A stretch of 62,237 nucleotides of DNA, the filler included. It is 4 parts of 4 records of this genome, joined end to end, with 100 filler letters (N's around TTAATTAATTAA, not from the genome) between each part and the next. Parts side by side here need not be neighbours in the genome. Positions count along the whole stretch, not along the records: positions 1 to 27,391 come from DRR723986_6716; 3 more parts are not named here. One strand, written 5' to 3'. Below the pieces are notes generated by a model. That model had not been told where the DNA came from. It saw nothing but the letters and a program-made list of their open reading frames with translations, and did no database searches. Positions 1-10,119 of the stretch are shown piece after piece. The position numbers and the translations under genes are program-made. Positions within the stretch are counted from its first letter, which is position 1. Each line of letters begins with the position of its first letter.

Positions 1-24
1 GAGGTCGTCGGTCAGTCGATACAT
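1..24 (-). CDS. 5' end of a gene divergent from the LysR regulator (MYRLTDDL..., truncated by window edge)
   Basis: ATG at 24 on the minus strand with a GGAGA Shine-Dalgarno 8 nt upstream; only 8 codons are visible, so the product is unknown. Confidence 0.5.
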
Positions 25-78
25 TTGATTGGTCTCCTTTTTCACTTGCGATGGTCACGATATGCCGCCATATGCGCG

Positions 79-124
79 ATAGTTCAAATCGAATGTATCT
101 TTCTTTCCTATAGGTTTTTCCGAA
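79..124. promoter_or_regulatory. Putative LysR/OxyR-type operator: two ATAG-N7-CGAA boxes
   Basis: ATAGttcaaatCGAA at 79-93 and ATAGgtttttcCGAA at 110-124, 31 bp apart, in the divergent intergenic region; each contains T-N11-A and resembles the OxyR ATAG-N7-CTAT motif. Confidence 0.5.
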
Positions 125-126
125 GC

Positions 127-1062
127 ATGAGACCGACCCTTCGCCAACTCCAATATATCGTGGCCGTCGCAGACACGGGCCGCTTCCGCGACGCCGCGCT
201 GCAGCTGGGCGTGAGCCAGCCAAGCCTCTCAGAACAGATTTCGGATGCAGAAGCCCAGCTCGGCGTGACGCTGATCGAGCGCGCCCGTACCGGGGCCGTC
301 CTCACACCGGCGGGCGTGGAAGTCGTGCGCCGTGCCCGGATTGTTCTGACCCAGGCGGAAGACCTGAAAACAATCGCCCGCCAGGTCGCCGGTGATCTCG
401 CAGGCCGCTACCGGCTCGGGACATTGCCCACAATCGGGCCTTACCTACTGCCCAGCGCGGTTCGGGAATTGCACCGGCTTTACCCGGACCTCCGCCTCGG
501 CGTCCGGGAGGAGCGGACGATTGACCTCGACGAAAAACTCAATGACGGCCGCCTCGACATGATCATCTCGACGGCGGAGGATCACCTTCATGCCGAGTCC
601 ATGCAGCTGTTCGACGAGCAGCTTTATGCCTGCACGGCCGCCGACGATCCGATTGCGGATGGGACCGGCCCCTTGAAGATCTCGGCCCTGAAGGGACGGG
701 AAATCCTCAGCCTGGGCTACGGGCACCGCCTCAGCACAGTGGTCCAGAAACTGGCGGAAGCCGCCGGTGCCCATGTGTCGACGGAATATGAAGGCACGTC
801 CCTGGATGCGATCCGTCAGATGGCCGGCATGGGCGCAGGCATAGCCATTGTGCCGAGCCTTTATGCCCTGATCGAGGCCAGCAAGGACCCGCATCAGATC
901 GTCCGCCCGATCGACCACCCCCTTGCCCGGCGGCAGATCAGCCTGGTCTGGCGCGCGGGCTCTCCCCTGGAACAGAACATCCAGAAGCTGGGCCTGGTCT
1001 TCAGGGATGTGGCGGCGGACCTTCTGGATCAGAAGGCAAAACGCAAGAAAGGAAAAACCTAA
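127..1062 (+). CDS. LysR-family regulator, OxyR-like but lacking the redox cysteines
   Basis: LysR HTH (TLRQLQYIVAVA...VSQPSLSEQI) and OxyR-type motifs PTIGPYLLP and TSLDAIRQM; GHRL replaces GHCL; start placed at ATG 127. Confidence 0.9.
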   Translation: MRPTLRQLQYIVAVADTGRFRDAALQLGVSQPSLSEQISDAEAQLGVTLIERARTGAVLTPAGVEVVRRARIVLTQAEDLKTIARQVAGDLAGRYRLGTLPTIGPYLLPSAVRELHRLYPDLRLGVREERTIDLDEKLNDGRLDMIISTAEDHLHAESMQLFDEQLYACTAADDPIADGTGPLKISALKGREILSLGYGHRLSTVVQKLAEAAGAHVSTEYEGTSLDAIRQMAGMGAGIAIVPSLYALIEASKDPHQIVRPIDHPLARRQISLVWRAGSPLEQNIQKLGLVFRDVAADLLDQKAKRKKGKT

Positions 1063-1129
1063 CGCTTATTCAGTTTCATTCGATTTTACTTATCATCTGT
1101 CTCGCCCCACCTTCCGTCTGTGAACAGAC

Positions 1130-1519
1130 ATGGAAGGAGCCCAGAGATTGGAATACGGCAATGTTCAGATCCTGCCGGTCCGGCCGGAATCCGCGCCGCA
1201 GCCCCCGGCGGCCACCGGTGACAACCTGAGATACGCGGAGTTCGAATGCCGCTGGGCCGGAGACCCCACCGTTCTCGAAGACGTTATCCTCGCCCGCGTC
1301 GACTGGGGGCCCTTTGAGGTCACCTGCCGCCCGCACCCCCGGACGGAAAGCAAATGCCTGTGTACGGTATTTTATTTCGGTCCCTTGCGGGAGCGCCCTC
1401 ACCTGATGGCGAGTTTCTGGCATGTGATGGAACGCTTTCCGTTCTATCTTGGCGACGCACGGAAAACCGAACACAGGATGGGGGCGCACCAACCCAGCAA
1501 AGAATCCGTATCCGCCTGA
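1130..1519 (+). CDS. Hypothetical protein (129 aa)
   Basis: ATG-started ORF filling the gap between the LysR gene and ahcY; globular-looking composition; no recognised motif. Confidence 0.55.
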   Translation: MEGAQRLEYGNVQILPVRPESAPQPPAATGDNLRYAEFECRWAGDPTVLEDVILARVDWGPFEVTCRPHPRTESKCLCTVFYFGPLRERPHLMASFWHVMERFPFYLGDARKTEHRMGAHQPSKESVSA

Positions 1520-1702
1520 CACCCTTCCTCCCCGCTTCTGGCAGCTGACCAGAAGGCGGGACAGGGCGGCCGGCCGCAGCCGGAAGGTGGCCGCGCGCGC
1601 CTCCCCGCGCGGCGGCCTTGCCCGGCATCAGCACCCCCGAAAGCAAACCACCGGCCCGCTATAGATGGTCTATAGACGGTGTTTGTGAGGGTCTTCCCGC
1701 AT

Positions 1703-1728
1703 CCAGGCGCTGCTCCGGCAGCGCCTGG
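1703..1728. terminator. Perfect 11-bp GC hairpin (possible terminator or REP-like element)
   Basis: CCAGGCGCTGC-TCCG-GCAGCGCCTGG, followed shortly by CCTTTT; lies upstream of the predicted ahcY promoter. Confidence 0.4.
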
Positions 1729-1732
1729 CGCG

Positions 1733-1761
1733 TTGCCTTTTGCTACGGCGCATGGTACCGG
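1733..1761 (+). promoter_or_regulatory. Putative sigma70 promoter of ahcY
   Basis: TTGCCT-N17-TACCGG; degenerate -10 of the kind common in alphaproteobacteria. Confidence 0.35.
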
Positions 1762-1770
1762 CGCACAAAC

Positions 1771-1788
1771 GCATAAAGGAATGTTGAT

Positions 1789-1790
<2 letters not shown>
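1771..1790. promoter_or_regulatory. Putative SahR operator overlapping the ahcY RBS and start codon
   Basis: 20-bp imperfect palindrome GCATAAAGGAATGTTGATAT, resembling the ATAAAG/ATCAAG-N4-CTTTAT/CTTGAT SahR motif as I recall it; ahcY and metK are core SahR regulon genes. Confidence 0.5.
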
Positions 1791-3183
<1,393 letters not shown>

Positions 3184-3201
3184 GCCGGACAGGAACGCAG
3201 C

Positions 3202-4062
3202 ATGACAACTGGCGATCACATCCTGACATTGTCCTGCCCGGACCGGGTCGGGATCGTCGCGACACTGGCACGCCTGATGGAGGCCCATGACTGTTTCATC
3301 GCCTCCTCCCGCACGTTCGGCGATACCGGGTCCGGGCAATTCTTTGCCCGGCTCGTCTTCCGCGGGCCGGAGGGTGGTGAAGTGCCGCTCAGCCTGCTGG
3401 GCGACATTGAGGAAGCGGCAGAAGAGCTGGAAGCCGACTGGAGCGTTGCCCCGGTCGGCCAGCGGATGCGGACACTCCTTCTGGTCTCCCAGTCAGACCA
3501 TTGCGCCAACACGCTGCTCTACGCGTCAAGGCGCAAGGAGCTGCCGATCGACGTTGTCGGGATCGTCTCGAACCATGACACGCTGAAAGACCAGTTCGCC
3601 CATTTCGGCCTGCCCTGGTTCCATATTCCGGTGACGGCCGCGACCAAGGCTGAAGCGGAGGCGCGCCTGTTTAACGTGGTTGAGGACACGGGCGCAGACC
3701 TCATCGTCCTTGCCCGCTACATGCAGGTGCTGAGCAACGAGGCCTGCCGGGAACTGGAAGGCCGGTGCATCAATATCCACCATTCCTTCCTGCCGAGCTT
3801 CAAGGGCGCCCGTCCCTATCACCAGGCCCACGCCCGAGGCGTGAAGGTGATCGGTGCGACAGCTCACTACGTGACGGCTGACCTGGATGAAGGCCCGATC
3901 ATCACGCAGGTCACCGAAACCATAGACCATACTTATACACCCGCCGACATGATCGAGACCGGCCGCCATTTGGAGGGCACCGCCCTTCTGCGTGCCGTAA
4001 AGGCGCATGCAGAACACCGCGTCTTCAGCCATGCCGGCCGCACCATTGTCTTCGCCAGATAA
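3202..4062 (+). CDS. purU: Formyltetrahydrofolate deformylase
   Basis: N-terminal ACT domain ([11 protein letters not shown]); [47 protein letters not shown]. Confidence 0.97.
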   Translation: MTTGDHILTLSCPDRVGIVATLARLMEAHDCFIASSRTFGDTGSGQFFARLVFRGPEGGEVPLSLLGDIEEAAEELEADWSVAPVGQRMRTLLLVSQSDHCANTLLYASRRKELPIDVVGIVSNHDTLKDQFAHFGLPWFHIPVTAATKAEAEARLFNVVEDTGADLIVLARYMQVLSNEACRELEGRCINIHHSFLPSFKGARPYHQAHARGVKVIGATAHYVTADLDEGPIITQVTETIDHTYTPADMIETGRHLEGTALLRAVKAHAEHRVFSHAGRTIVFAR

Positions 4063-4081
4063 GCCCGCAGAGGAAATTGTC

Positions 4082-5263
4082 ATGAAACTTTCCAGCCACG
4101 AATTCACGTCCGAAAGCGTCTCGGAAGGGCATCCCGACAAGGTCGCAGACCAGGTTTCTGATGCGATCGTCGACCTGTTCCTCGCCAAGGACCCATCGGC
4201 CAAGGTGGCCGTGGAAACCCTGACCACGACCAACAAGATCATACTGGCCGGTGAAGTGCGCACGAACAATGGCGCCGTCGTCACCAAAGACGAAATGAAC
4301 GAAGCTGCCCGCATTGTGGTCAAGCGGATCGGCTATGAGCAGGACGGCTTCCACTGGAAGAACCTGTCGATCGATAATCTGGTCCATGAACAGTCTGCCG
4401 AGATTGCCCAGGGCGTTGAAGAAGGCCAGGGCCTGTTCAAGGAAGAAGGCGCCGGCGACCAGGGCATCATGTTCGGCTACGCCACCAATGAGACGCCGGA
4501 ACTGATGCCGGCAACGCTCGTCTACTCGCACCAGATCCTGCAGAAACTGGCGGCCCTGCGCCACTCCGGCGCCCGCCCGCAACTGGAACCGGACGCCAAG
4601 AGCCAGGTCACGCTGCGGTATGAAGGTTCCCGCCCGGTCGGGGTGAATGCCATCGTCGTCTCCCACCAGCATGGCAAGGATGTCAGCCAGGACGAGCTAC
4701 GCGAGATTATCCGGCCGGTCGTGGAAGAGGTGCTGCCGGAGGGCTGGTTCCCGCAGGAAGACAAGTTCTATGTGAACCCGACGGGCAGCTTCTACATTGG
4801 CGGACCGGACGGCGATGCCGGCCTCACCGGCCGCAAGATCATTGTCGACACCTATGGCGGCGCAGCCCCGCATGGCGGCGGCGCCTTTTCCGGAAAGGAC
4901 CCTTCCAAGGTCGACCGGTCAGCCGCCTACGCGACGCGCTATCTGGCCAAGAACGTCGTGGCGGCCGGCCTGGCCGAACGCTGCACCATCCAGGTCAGCT
5001 ACGCGATTGGCGTCTCGCAACCCTTGTCGATCTATGTGGATACGCATGGCACGGGCCGCGTGGAAGAAACCCGCATCGCCGCCGCTCTTCGCGAAATGTT
5101 CGACCTGTCACCCAAAGGCATTCGTACACACCTTGAGTTGAACCGCCCGATCTATTCCCCCAGCGCAGCCTATGGCCACTTTGGCCGGAAGCCGGGCGAG
5201 AACGGCGCCTTCAGCTGGGAAAAGACCACGCTTGCCGGAGAACTCGCACGGCTGGTGAACTAG
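4082..5263 (+). CDS. metK: S-adenosylmethionine synthetase
   Basis: [62 protein letters not shown] before ATG 4082. Confidence 0.99.
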   Translation: MKLSSHEFTSESVSEGHPDKVADQVSDAIVDLFLAKDPSAKVAVETLTTTNKIILAGEVRTNNGAVVTKDEMNEAARIVVKRIGYEQDGFHWKNLSIDNLVHEQSAEIAQGVEEGQGLFKEEGAGDQGIMFGYATNETPELMPATLVYSHQILQKLAALRHSGARPQLEPDAKSQVTLRYEGSRPVGVNAIVVSHQHGKDVSQDELREIIRPVVEEVLPEGWFPQEDKFYVNPTGSFYIGGPDGDAGLTGRKIIVDTYGGAAPHGGGAFSGKDPSKVDRSAAYATRYLAKNVVAAGLAERCTIQVSYAIGVSQPLSIYVDTHGTGRVEETRIAAALREMFDLSPKGIRTHLELNRPIYSPSAAYGHFGRKPGENGAFSWEKTTLAGELARLVN

Positions 5264-5269
5264 GGCGGC

Positions 5270-5674
5270 TTACTGGACGATCATCACATCGCTGACCGTG
5301 GCGACTTCGCTGCCCCGGCACAGGATCTGAATGTGGTCGGGCAGCGGCGCAGGCGCCATCTGGCGGTAGGCGACTGTGCCCGGCACCGCCGATCCGCCAG
5401 GCTTCAGGTCCAGGATGAGCCCGGTTGCGGACGGCACGTCCAGCGGTGCCATGAACCAGCTGTCCTCGCTATCCACGTCCAGCATCACGATCATTCGGGT
5501 CGGCTCGCCGCCGATGGTCGGCATCCGGTTCACCCAGGCCTTGGCGCTGGTCACAGCCGGACAAGGCAGTGCAGCGTCCGAATCGGCAACCTGGTCAGGC
5601 CCGGTCTGCTCATTCGAAATATGCGGCCAGAGACACTGGCATCCGGCCAGCATACCAAGTGATGCCAGCGCCAC
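5270..5674 (-). CDS. Small hypothetical lipoprotein (start uncertain)
   Basis: Hydrophobic stretch ending in lipobox LAGC; AWVNRMP motif; two further cysteines; begins just after the S8 protease stop codon; start placed at GTG 5674 (ORF track extends it to 5791). Confidence 0.6.
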   Translation of the reverse strand: MALASLGMLAGCQCLWPHISNEQTGPDQVADSDAALPCPAVTSAKAWVNRMPTIGGEPTRMIVMLDVDSEDSWFMAPLDVPSATGLILDLKPGGSAVPGTVAYRQMAPAPLPDHIQILCRGSEVATVSDVMIVQ

Positions 5675-5688
5675 TGCCGCGCGTATTG

Positions 5689-8175
5689 TTACCAGTCTGT
5701 CGATAGCCTGAACCACAGGGCACTCTCCTCTTCCGCACCCGCGATATGGTTCGGCGACGTCGACACCACAGCCGCCGTCTCGCCGCTCCAACCACCCACC
5801 AGCTGGAAGCCGTAGCGCGTTTCAAAATCCACCTGCCGCCCGCTTGGGGTCAGGCCGGCATTGATGGTCTGATGGATCAGCGCCCCGGACGCGTCGATGC
5901 CGACCGGCGCGTTGAGCGCGATCGATCCCGTTTCCGCCCGCCATGGCTGGGCAACGATCAGGCTGAGGTGCCCTGGCCCGGCCAGACGGCTTGCGCCGAG
6001 GGACCAGCGGCTGGTCCAGACATCATTCACGTTCACACCCGGCAGGTCGACGCTTGCCATTTCCAGGCCGGAAGACAGTGTCCAGCGCTCCCCGGCGAGC
6101 CAGGCGCCTTCCAGCGCATAGGCCGTCATCCGCGTCTGGTCTTCGGCGCCAAAACGCGCCTGCACCGATCCGCCGAGCGCGGTGTTCGCATCTTCCACAA
6201 AGGTCGCCCCGAACCGGTAGGACCAGCGCGGCTTGTCGCGGCCGAACCGGAAGCCGGACTGGCTGCGTCCCATCTGCTCGGCAGAGAAGAAGTCCATCAC
6301 GAGGCCCTGCCCCAGATGGTGGCTGAATTTCGCCCACGCCCCGCCCGTCGAGAACGCATTGCCGACACCCGGCTCATTCAGCAGCGACACGTCCGGCGCC
6401 AGACGGGTGAGCGACCCGCCCCGGCCGACTTCCACCTCGTTTGCGCCGAAACTGTAACGCATCTGGAAGGTCGATTCCGGGTCTTCCTGGTACGGCGCAG
6501 ACGGATCGTCATATAGACGCGCCTGCGTCCAGCTGAAGGACAGATTCCCGGCTCGCACGGCATGCGTTTCACCCGCGGCCCAATTGGCCCGCGTTCCGAA
6601 GTCGACCATCCGGTGTCCCGTCATGTCCACCGGCAATCGCGCTGAGACGGTGTCGGCGTCCAACACGAAACCGCGTTCGTACCTGTCCTGGAAAACCAGT
6701 CCGTTAAACGCGCCAGAGCTTGAAGCCCAATCCCCGAAGGCGCCGCCGCTTGGCGCCAGCGCGGTATCGATGGAAACCTTCTCCGCGCCAAAGTCCAGTG
6801 TCTGCTGCCCCTGGGGCGAAAAAGCTCGGATGAGATTGAGAATGCCGACGCCAGACACCTCATCAACCCCTTCACCCGCCGCTGTTCCGGTGATCGGGTC
6901 GAGATCCGGATCAACATAATCATCCGCCGTATCCAGGAGGATCTGCAGTGCGACCTCGGGCTTATCTTTGAGGTTCGGAAAAGTCTGCAGCATCAGCGCC
7001 AGTGCGCCGGCAACATAAGGTGCCGAGAAGGACGTTCCCGAGACCCGCCAGTAATCAGGTACATCGTCTGTATCCCGGCACTGGTTACTGGTCGTGTCAG
7101 CACATGACGGTAAATCGGGCGCCATGATGTCATCATCAAGTCCGGTGGAAATGACTCCTTCACCCGGCGCAAGAATGTAATAATTCTTCGCGTCATTGCC
7201 CGCGCGGTTCGAAAAGTCAGAAATAGCGCGGTTGAGATCAATCGAGCCAACCGCCACGACCCGCCCCAGCGACTGGTCCTGTCCGGCGATATAGGCGGGT
7301 TCCGTCGGCTCTCCGCCGACCGCCGGGGTGATGTTACCCATCCCATCATCAATGGCTGGCTCAGCTTCGTTGCCGGCGGAGATGACGACGAGGACGCCTG
7401 CCGCGGCGGCGCTGCGTACAGCATTTTCCAATCCCGGATTGGCATCGATTTCACCGCCCAGCGACATGTTGATAACACTGGCACCCTGGTCAACTGCATA
7501 CTGAATGGCGCGTACGAGGGCAGAATCACTGAAATTGCAACCTTCATCCTCCCCCGTCCGGGCGCAGCTCCCGGGACTGTCGGCGCGGATAGAAATGATT
7601 GATGACTCAAAGGCGATTCCCTGAATGCCCGATCCTTCGTCGATCACAGTCGCGTAATTGTCCTGCCTGCGCGCGGCGATCACACCTGACACCAGCGTCC
7701 CGTGACCACCTGTATCGATATCGTCCGGCTGGCGGGTCGTGGTGATTGGGTCCCCGTTCGAATCGTATCCGCTGCAATCCGTATCGGCGCAGACATCAAA
7801 GGTCTGGACAAAGGCACCCTGCAGGTCCGGGTGGTTATCTATTGTTCCCGTGTCAATCACCGCGACCTTGATGCCGGATCCCGTCGCCCCGATCGAGTAG
7901 GCAGCTGAAGCTCCGATCACCGGCAACCCGCCGGTCGCGTTGTATTCACTTGTTTCGAATGCAGAAGGCGGTGCGATCTCAGACGGAAACGGCGGCGGTG
8001 GGGGAGGCGGCGGCGGTGACGGCGGTGGCGGTGGGGGTGGTGGCGCGGGTGTAACGGCAGATCCGCCACCCCCACCGCCGCTGGCACAGGCCCCGAGCAT
8101 GGCAAGGGACGGTCCGGCGACTGCCAGGACAAGAACCGTCTTCAGGTAAGACAACCGTTGTTTCCTCAACTGCAT
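5689..8175 (-). CDS. Lipoprotein S8 (subtilisin-like) serine protease with C-terminal beta-barrel (autotransporter-like)
   Basis: Lipobox LGAC; Gly/Pro linker; catalytic motifs VAVIDTG, GHGTLVSG, SAGN, SGTSFSAP; amphipathic beta-strands ending LWFRLSTDW; GAAGGA RBS before ATG 8175. Confidence 0.9.
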   Translation of the reverse strand: MQLRKQRLSYLKTVLVLAVAGPSLAMLGACASGGGGGGSAVTPAPPPPPPPPSPPPPPPPPPFPSEIAPPSAFETSEYNATGGLPVIGASAAYSIGATGSGIKVAVIDTGTIDNHPDLQGAFVQTFDVCADTDCSGYDSNGDPITTTRQPDDIDTGGHGTLVSGVIAARRQDNYATVIDEGSGIQGIAFESSIISIRADSPGSCARTGEDEGCNFSDSALVRAIQYAVDQGASVINMSLGGEIDANPGLENAVRSAAAAGVLVVISAGNEAEPAIDDGMGNITPAVGGEPTEPAYIAGQDQSLGRVVAVGSIDLNRAISDFSNRAGNDAKNYYILAPGEGVISTGLDDDIMAPDLPSCADTTSNQCRDTDDVPDYWRVSGTSFSAPYVAGALALMLQTFPNLKDKPEVALQILLDTADDYVDPDLDPITGTAAGEGVDEVSGVGILNLIRAFSPQGQQTLDFGAEKVSIDTALAPSGGAFGDWASSSGAFNGLVFQDRYERGFVLDADTVSARLPVDMTGHRMVDFGTRANWAAGETHAVRAGNLSFSWTQARLYDDPSAPYQEDPESTFQMRYSFGANEVEVGRGGSLTRLAPDVSLLNEPGVGNAFSTGGAWAKFSHHLGQGLVMDFFSAEQMGRSQSGFRFGRDKPRWSYRFGATFVEDANTALGGSVQARFGAEDQTRMTAYALEGAWLAGERWTLSSGLEMASVDLPGVNVNDVWTSRWSLGASRLAGPGHLSLIVAQPWRAETGSIALNAPVGIDASGALIHQTINAGLTPSGRQVDFETRYGFQLVGGWSGETAAVVSTSPNHIAGAEEESALWFRLSTDW

Positions 8176-8286
8176 GTCCTTCGACCTCCAGATACGGGCA
8201 CCCACCCATGGAAATGGCTATTGCTATGCCGGGTCATCCTGCCCCGGAAATCGTGAACGGACTGCCAATGCGCGATTGGTAGAAAA

Positions 8287-9213
8287 TCACGAAAACTCCA
8301 CACGTTCCTGTGAAAAATAGAACAAGGAACGGGTTTCTTCGTCAATTGTATCCCCCGGCACATTCAGGAGCGTATGCATCGCATTCTTGCGATCTTTCAG
8401 GGCGTGCTCGAAATCCTGTTCGATCAAGCCATCCACGCCTGTCCGGCTCATCGCGTCACGCACTTCCATGTACAGCGTGAGGGAGCCGCCGAGGAACATG
8501 GATTCATAGGCGATCTTGCTGGCTATCTTGTCGTGAATGTCCGTGTACTGGAACTGCCGCTCTATCACGGATTTTCGCTTGCAGATGAAATCGATCTCAT
8601 GTCGGAATTGCGGGTGACGCAGGTAAAAGCTCTTCAGCGCCGTCATTTCATTGTCGATCCGCGTCTTGATCTCGTCCGGAAGGGACTCGCTCAGGATGAT
8701 GACAATGTCGATGTCAGACCCTTTCACCATTTCGCCTGACGCGGCATGTTCACGCGGTTCATTGTGCGCGAGGAAATAGGCCAGATCTCCGGCAATGAAG
8801 GCGCAGAGCTGGCTGCGTACTTCACGACCGAGGCTGACGAACAATTGCTTCATCACAAGCTGGGCCACATAGATTTTTTCGCGGCTGATCTCGCGATGCA
8901 TGTTTGCCAGCGTGCCCTGGCGTTCAATCATCTGGTCCCTCTGTCCGGGCAGGCCGAACAAGGTAAAGGACAGAAAGTCCCGGAGGATCGAAGGGCTGAG
9001 ACGTACCTGGTCCTCACGCGTGATGTCATAGCGCAGGTAATAGCTGGCAAAGTGGGACACGCGGAAAGTCTGGCTGCGATAGCATGCCTGCCAGAGCGCC
9101 AGAACCGGCACGTCTGGCATCGACTGGGCGAGCTCTTTCCCGATCAGGGGGCCCTTCTCGGCGATGAGCTGGATAACCCGCTTTTCGATGTCCTGAATAT
9201 CTATGGTTGCCAA
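8287..9213 (-). CDS. Uncharacterised protein: N-terminal wHTH-like region plus Pol-beta-type nucleotidyltransferase-like domain
   Basis: TTG start with GAGAGGG RBS, 36 bp downstream of rmlA; FIAGD (G142-D143), GSDIDIVII (D167/D169), HEIDFI (D208). Confidence 0.75.
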   Translation of the reverse strand: MATIDIQDIEKRVIQLIAEKGPLIGKELAQSMPDVPVLALWQACYRSQTFRVSHFASYYLRYDITREDQVRLSPSILRDFLSFTLFGLPGQRDQMIERQGTLANMHREISREKIYVAQLVMKQLFVSLGREVRSQLCAFIAGDLAYFLAHNEPREHAASGEMVKGSDIDIVIILSESLPDEIKTRIDNEMTALKSFYLRHPQFRHEIDFICKRKSVIERQFQYTDIHDKIASKIAYESMFLGGSLTLYMEVRDAMSRTGVDGLIEQDFEHALKDRKNAMHTLLNVPGDTIDEETRSLFYFSQERVEFS

Positions 9214-9249
9214 GCGACTGCCCTCTCGTCTGCCCGGATAGAACCCCGC

Positions 9250-10119
9250 TCAGCCCTGTCCGTCCAGTAGAGACAGCAAGTATTCCCGGTATTCATTATT
9301 GAAATCCGTCGCAAGGCCGCGCATCTGCTCGTTCGAGATCAGCCCCTGGCGCCAGACGACTTCTTCGATACAGGCGACTTTCAGCCCCTGTCTCTTTTCG
9401 ACCGTCTGAACGAAATGGGATGCTTCCAGAAGACTGTCGAACGTGCCGGCATCCAGCCAGGTAATCCCTCGCGGCAGCCTGACGACGTTCAGTTCACCTC
9501 GGTCGAGAAAGGCTTCGTTCACGGAGGTGATTTCCAGTTCCCCGCGTGCTGACGGCGTCACGTTGCGCGCAACGCCAGCAACACCTGGCCCGTAGAAATA
9601 GAGGCCCGTGACGGCCCAGTTGCTTTTTGGCTTCTGGGGTTTCTCTTCCAGTGACAAAGCCTTGCCATCCTTGTCCAACTCGACAATGCCAAAGCGCTGG
9701 GGGTCGTGGACCGGGAAAGCCAGCACGCTGGCGCCGGTCGTGGACAAGGTCGTTTCCTGCAACAAACCTGTGAGGCCGGCGCCATAGAAAATATTGTCGC
9801 CGAGCGCCAGGGCGCAGGAATCATCACCCACAAAGTCTTCCGCGATCAGAAGCGCTTCGGCGACGCCCGCCGGGCGGTCCTGCTCGGCATAGGAAAGCCG
9901 CAGTCCCCACTGAGAGCCATCGCCAAGGAGGGACTTGTAGGCATCCGCCTGCCCTTTGGCGCTGATGATCAGCATTTCCGTGATCCCGGCCAGAACGAGA
10001 GTCGAAATCGGATAGTAGATCAGTGGCTTGTCATAGATCGTCAGCAGATGCTTCGACACTGCGCGCGTTGCCGGATACAGGCGGCTGCCTTTTCCTCCGG
10101 CCAGAATAATACCCTTCAT
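9250..10119 (-). CDS. rfbA: Glucose-1-phosphate thymidylyltransferase
   Basis: MKGIILAGGKGSRLYP, KPLIYYP, LGDNIFYG, EEKPQKPKSNWAVTGLYFY, RGELEITSVN, WLDAGT. Confidence 0.98.
   Translation of the reverse strand: MKGIILAGGKGSRLYPATRAVSKHLLTIYDKPLIYYPISTLVLAGITEMLIISAKGQADAYKSLLGDGSQWGLRLSYAEQDRPAGVAEALLIAEDFVGDDSCALALGDNIFYGAGLTGLLQETTLSTTGASVLAFPVHDPQRFGIVELDKDGKALSLEEKPQKPKSNWAVTGLYFYGPGVAGVARNVTPSARGELEITSVNEAFLDRGELNVVRLPRGITWLDAGTFDSLLEASHFVQTVEKRQGLKVACIEEVVWRQGLISNEQMRGLATDFNNEYREYLLSLLDGQG

Noticed and set aside
1520..1788. Possible SAH, SAM-II or SAM/SAH riboswitch upstream of ahcY
   Set aside because: I could not match the conserved cores of these riboswitches. The predicted promoter (1733-1761) leaves only a ~20-nt leader, and a SahR-like operator explains regulation better. 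An Rfam cmscan would settle it.
7988..8080. GGC/GGT-rich microsatellite-like, G-quadruplex-looking tract
   Set aside because: Fully explained by the poly-Pro and poly-Gly linker codons of the S8 protease on the minus strand.
8287..9213. Interpretation as a CBASS CD-NTase or MNT-HEPN antitoxin
   Set aside because: There is no adjacent effector, Cap2/Cap3 or HEPN gene; the context is the rml operon. It is kept only as a generic nucleotidyltransferase-like protein.
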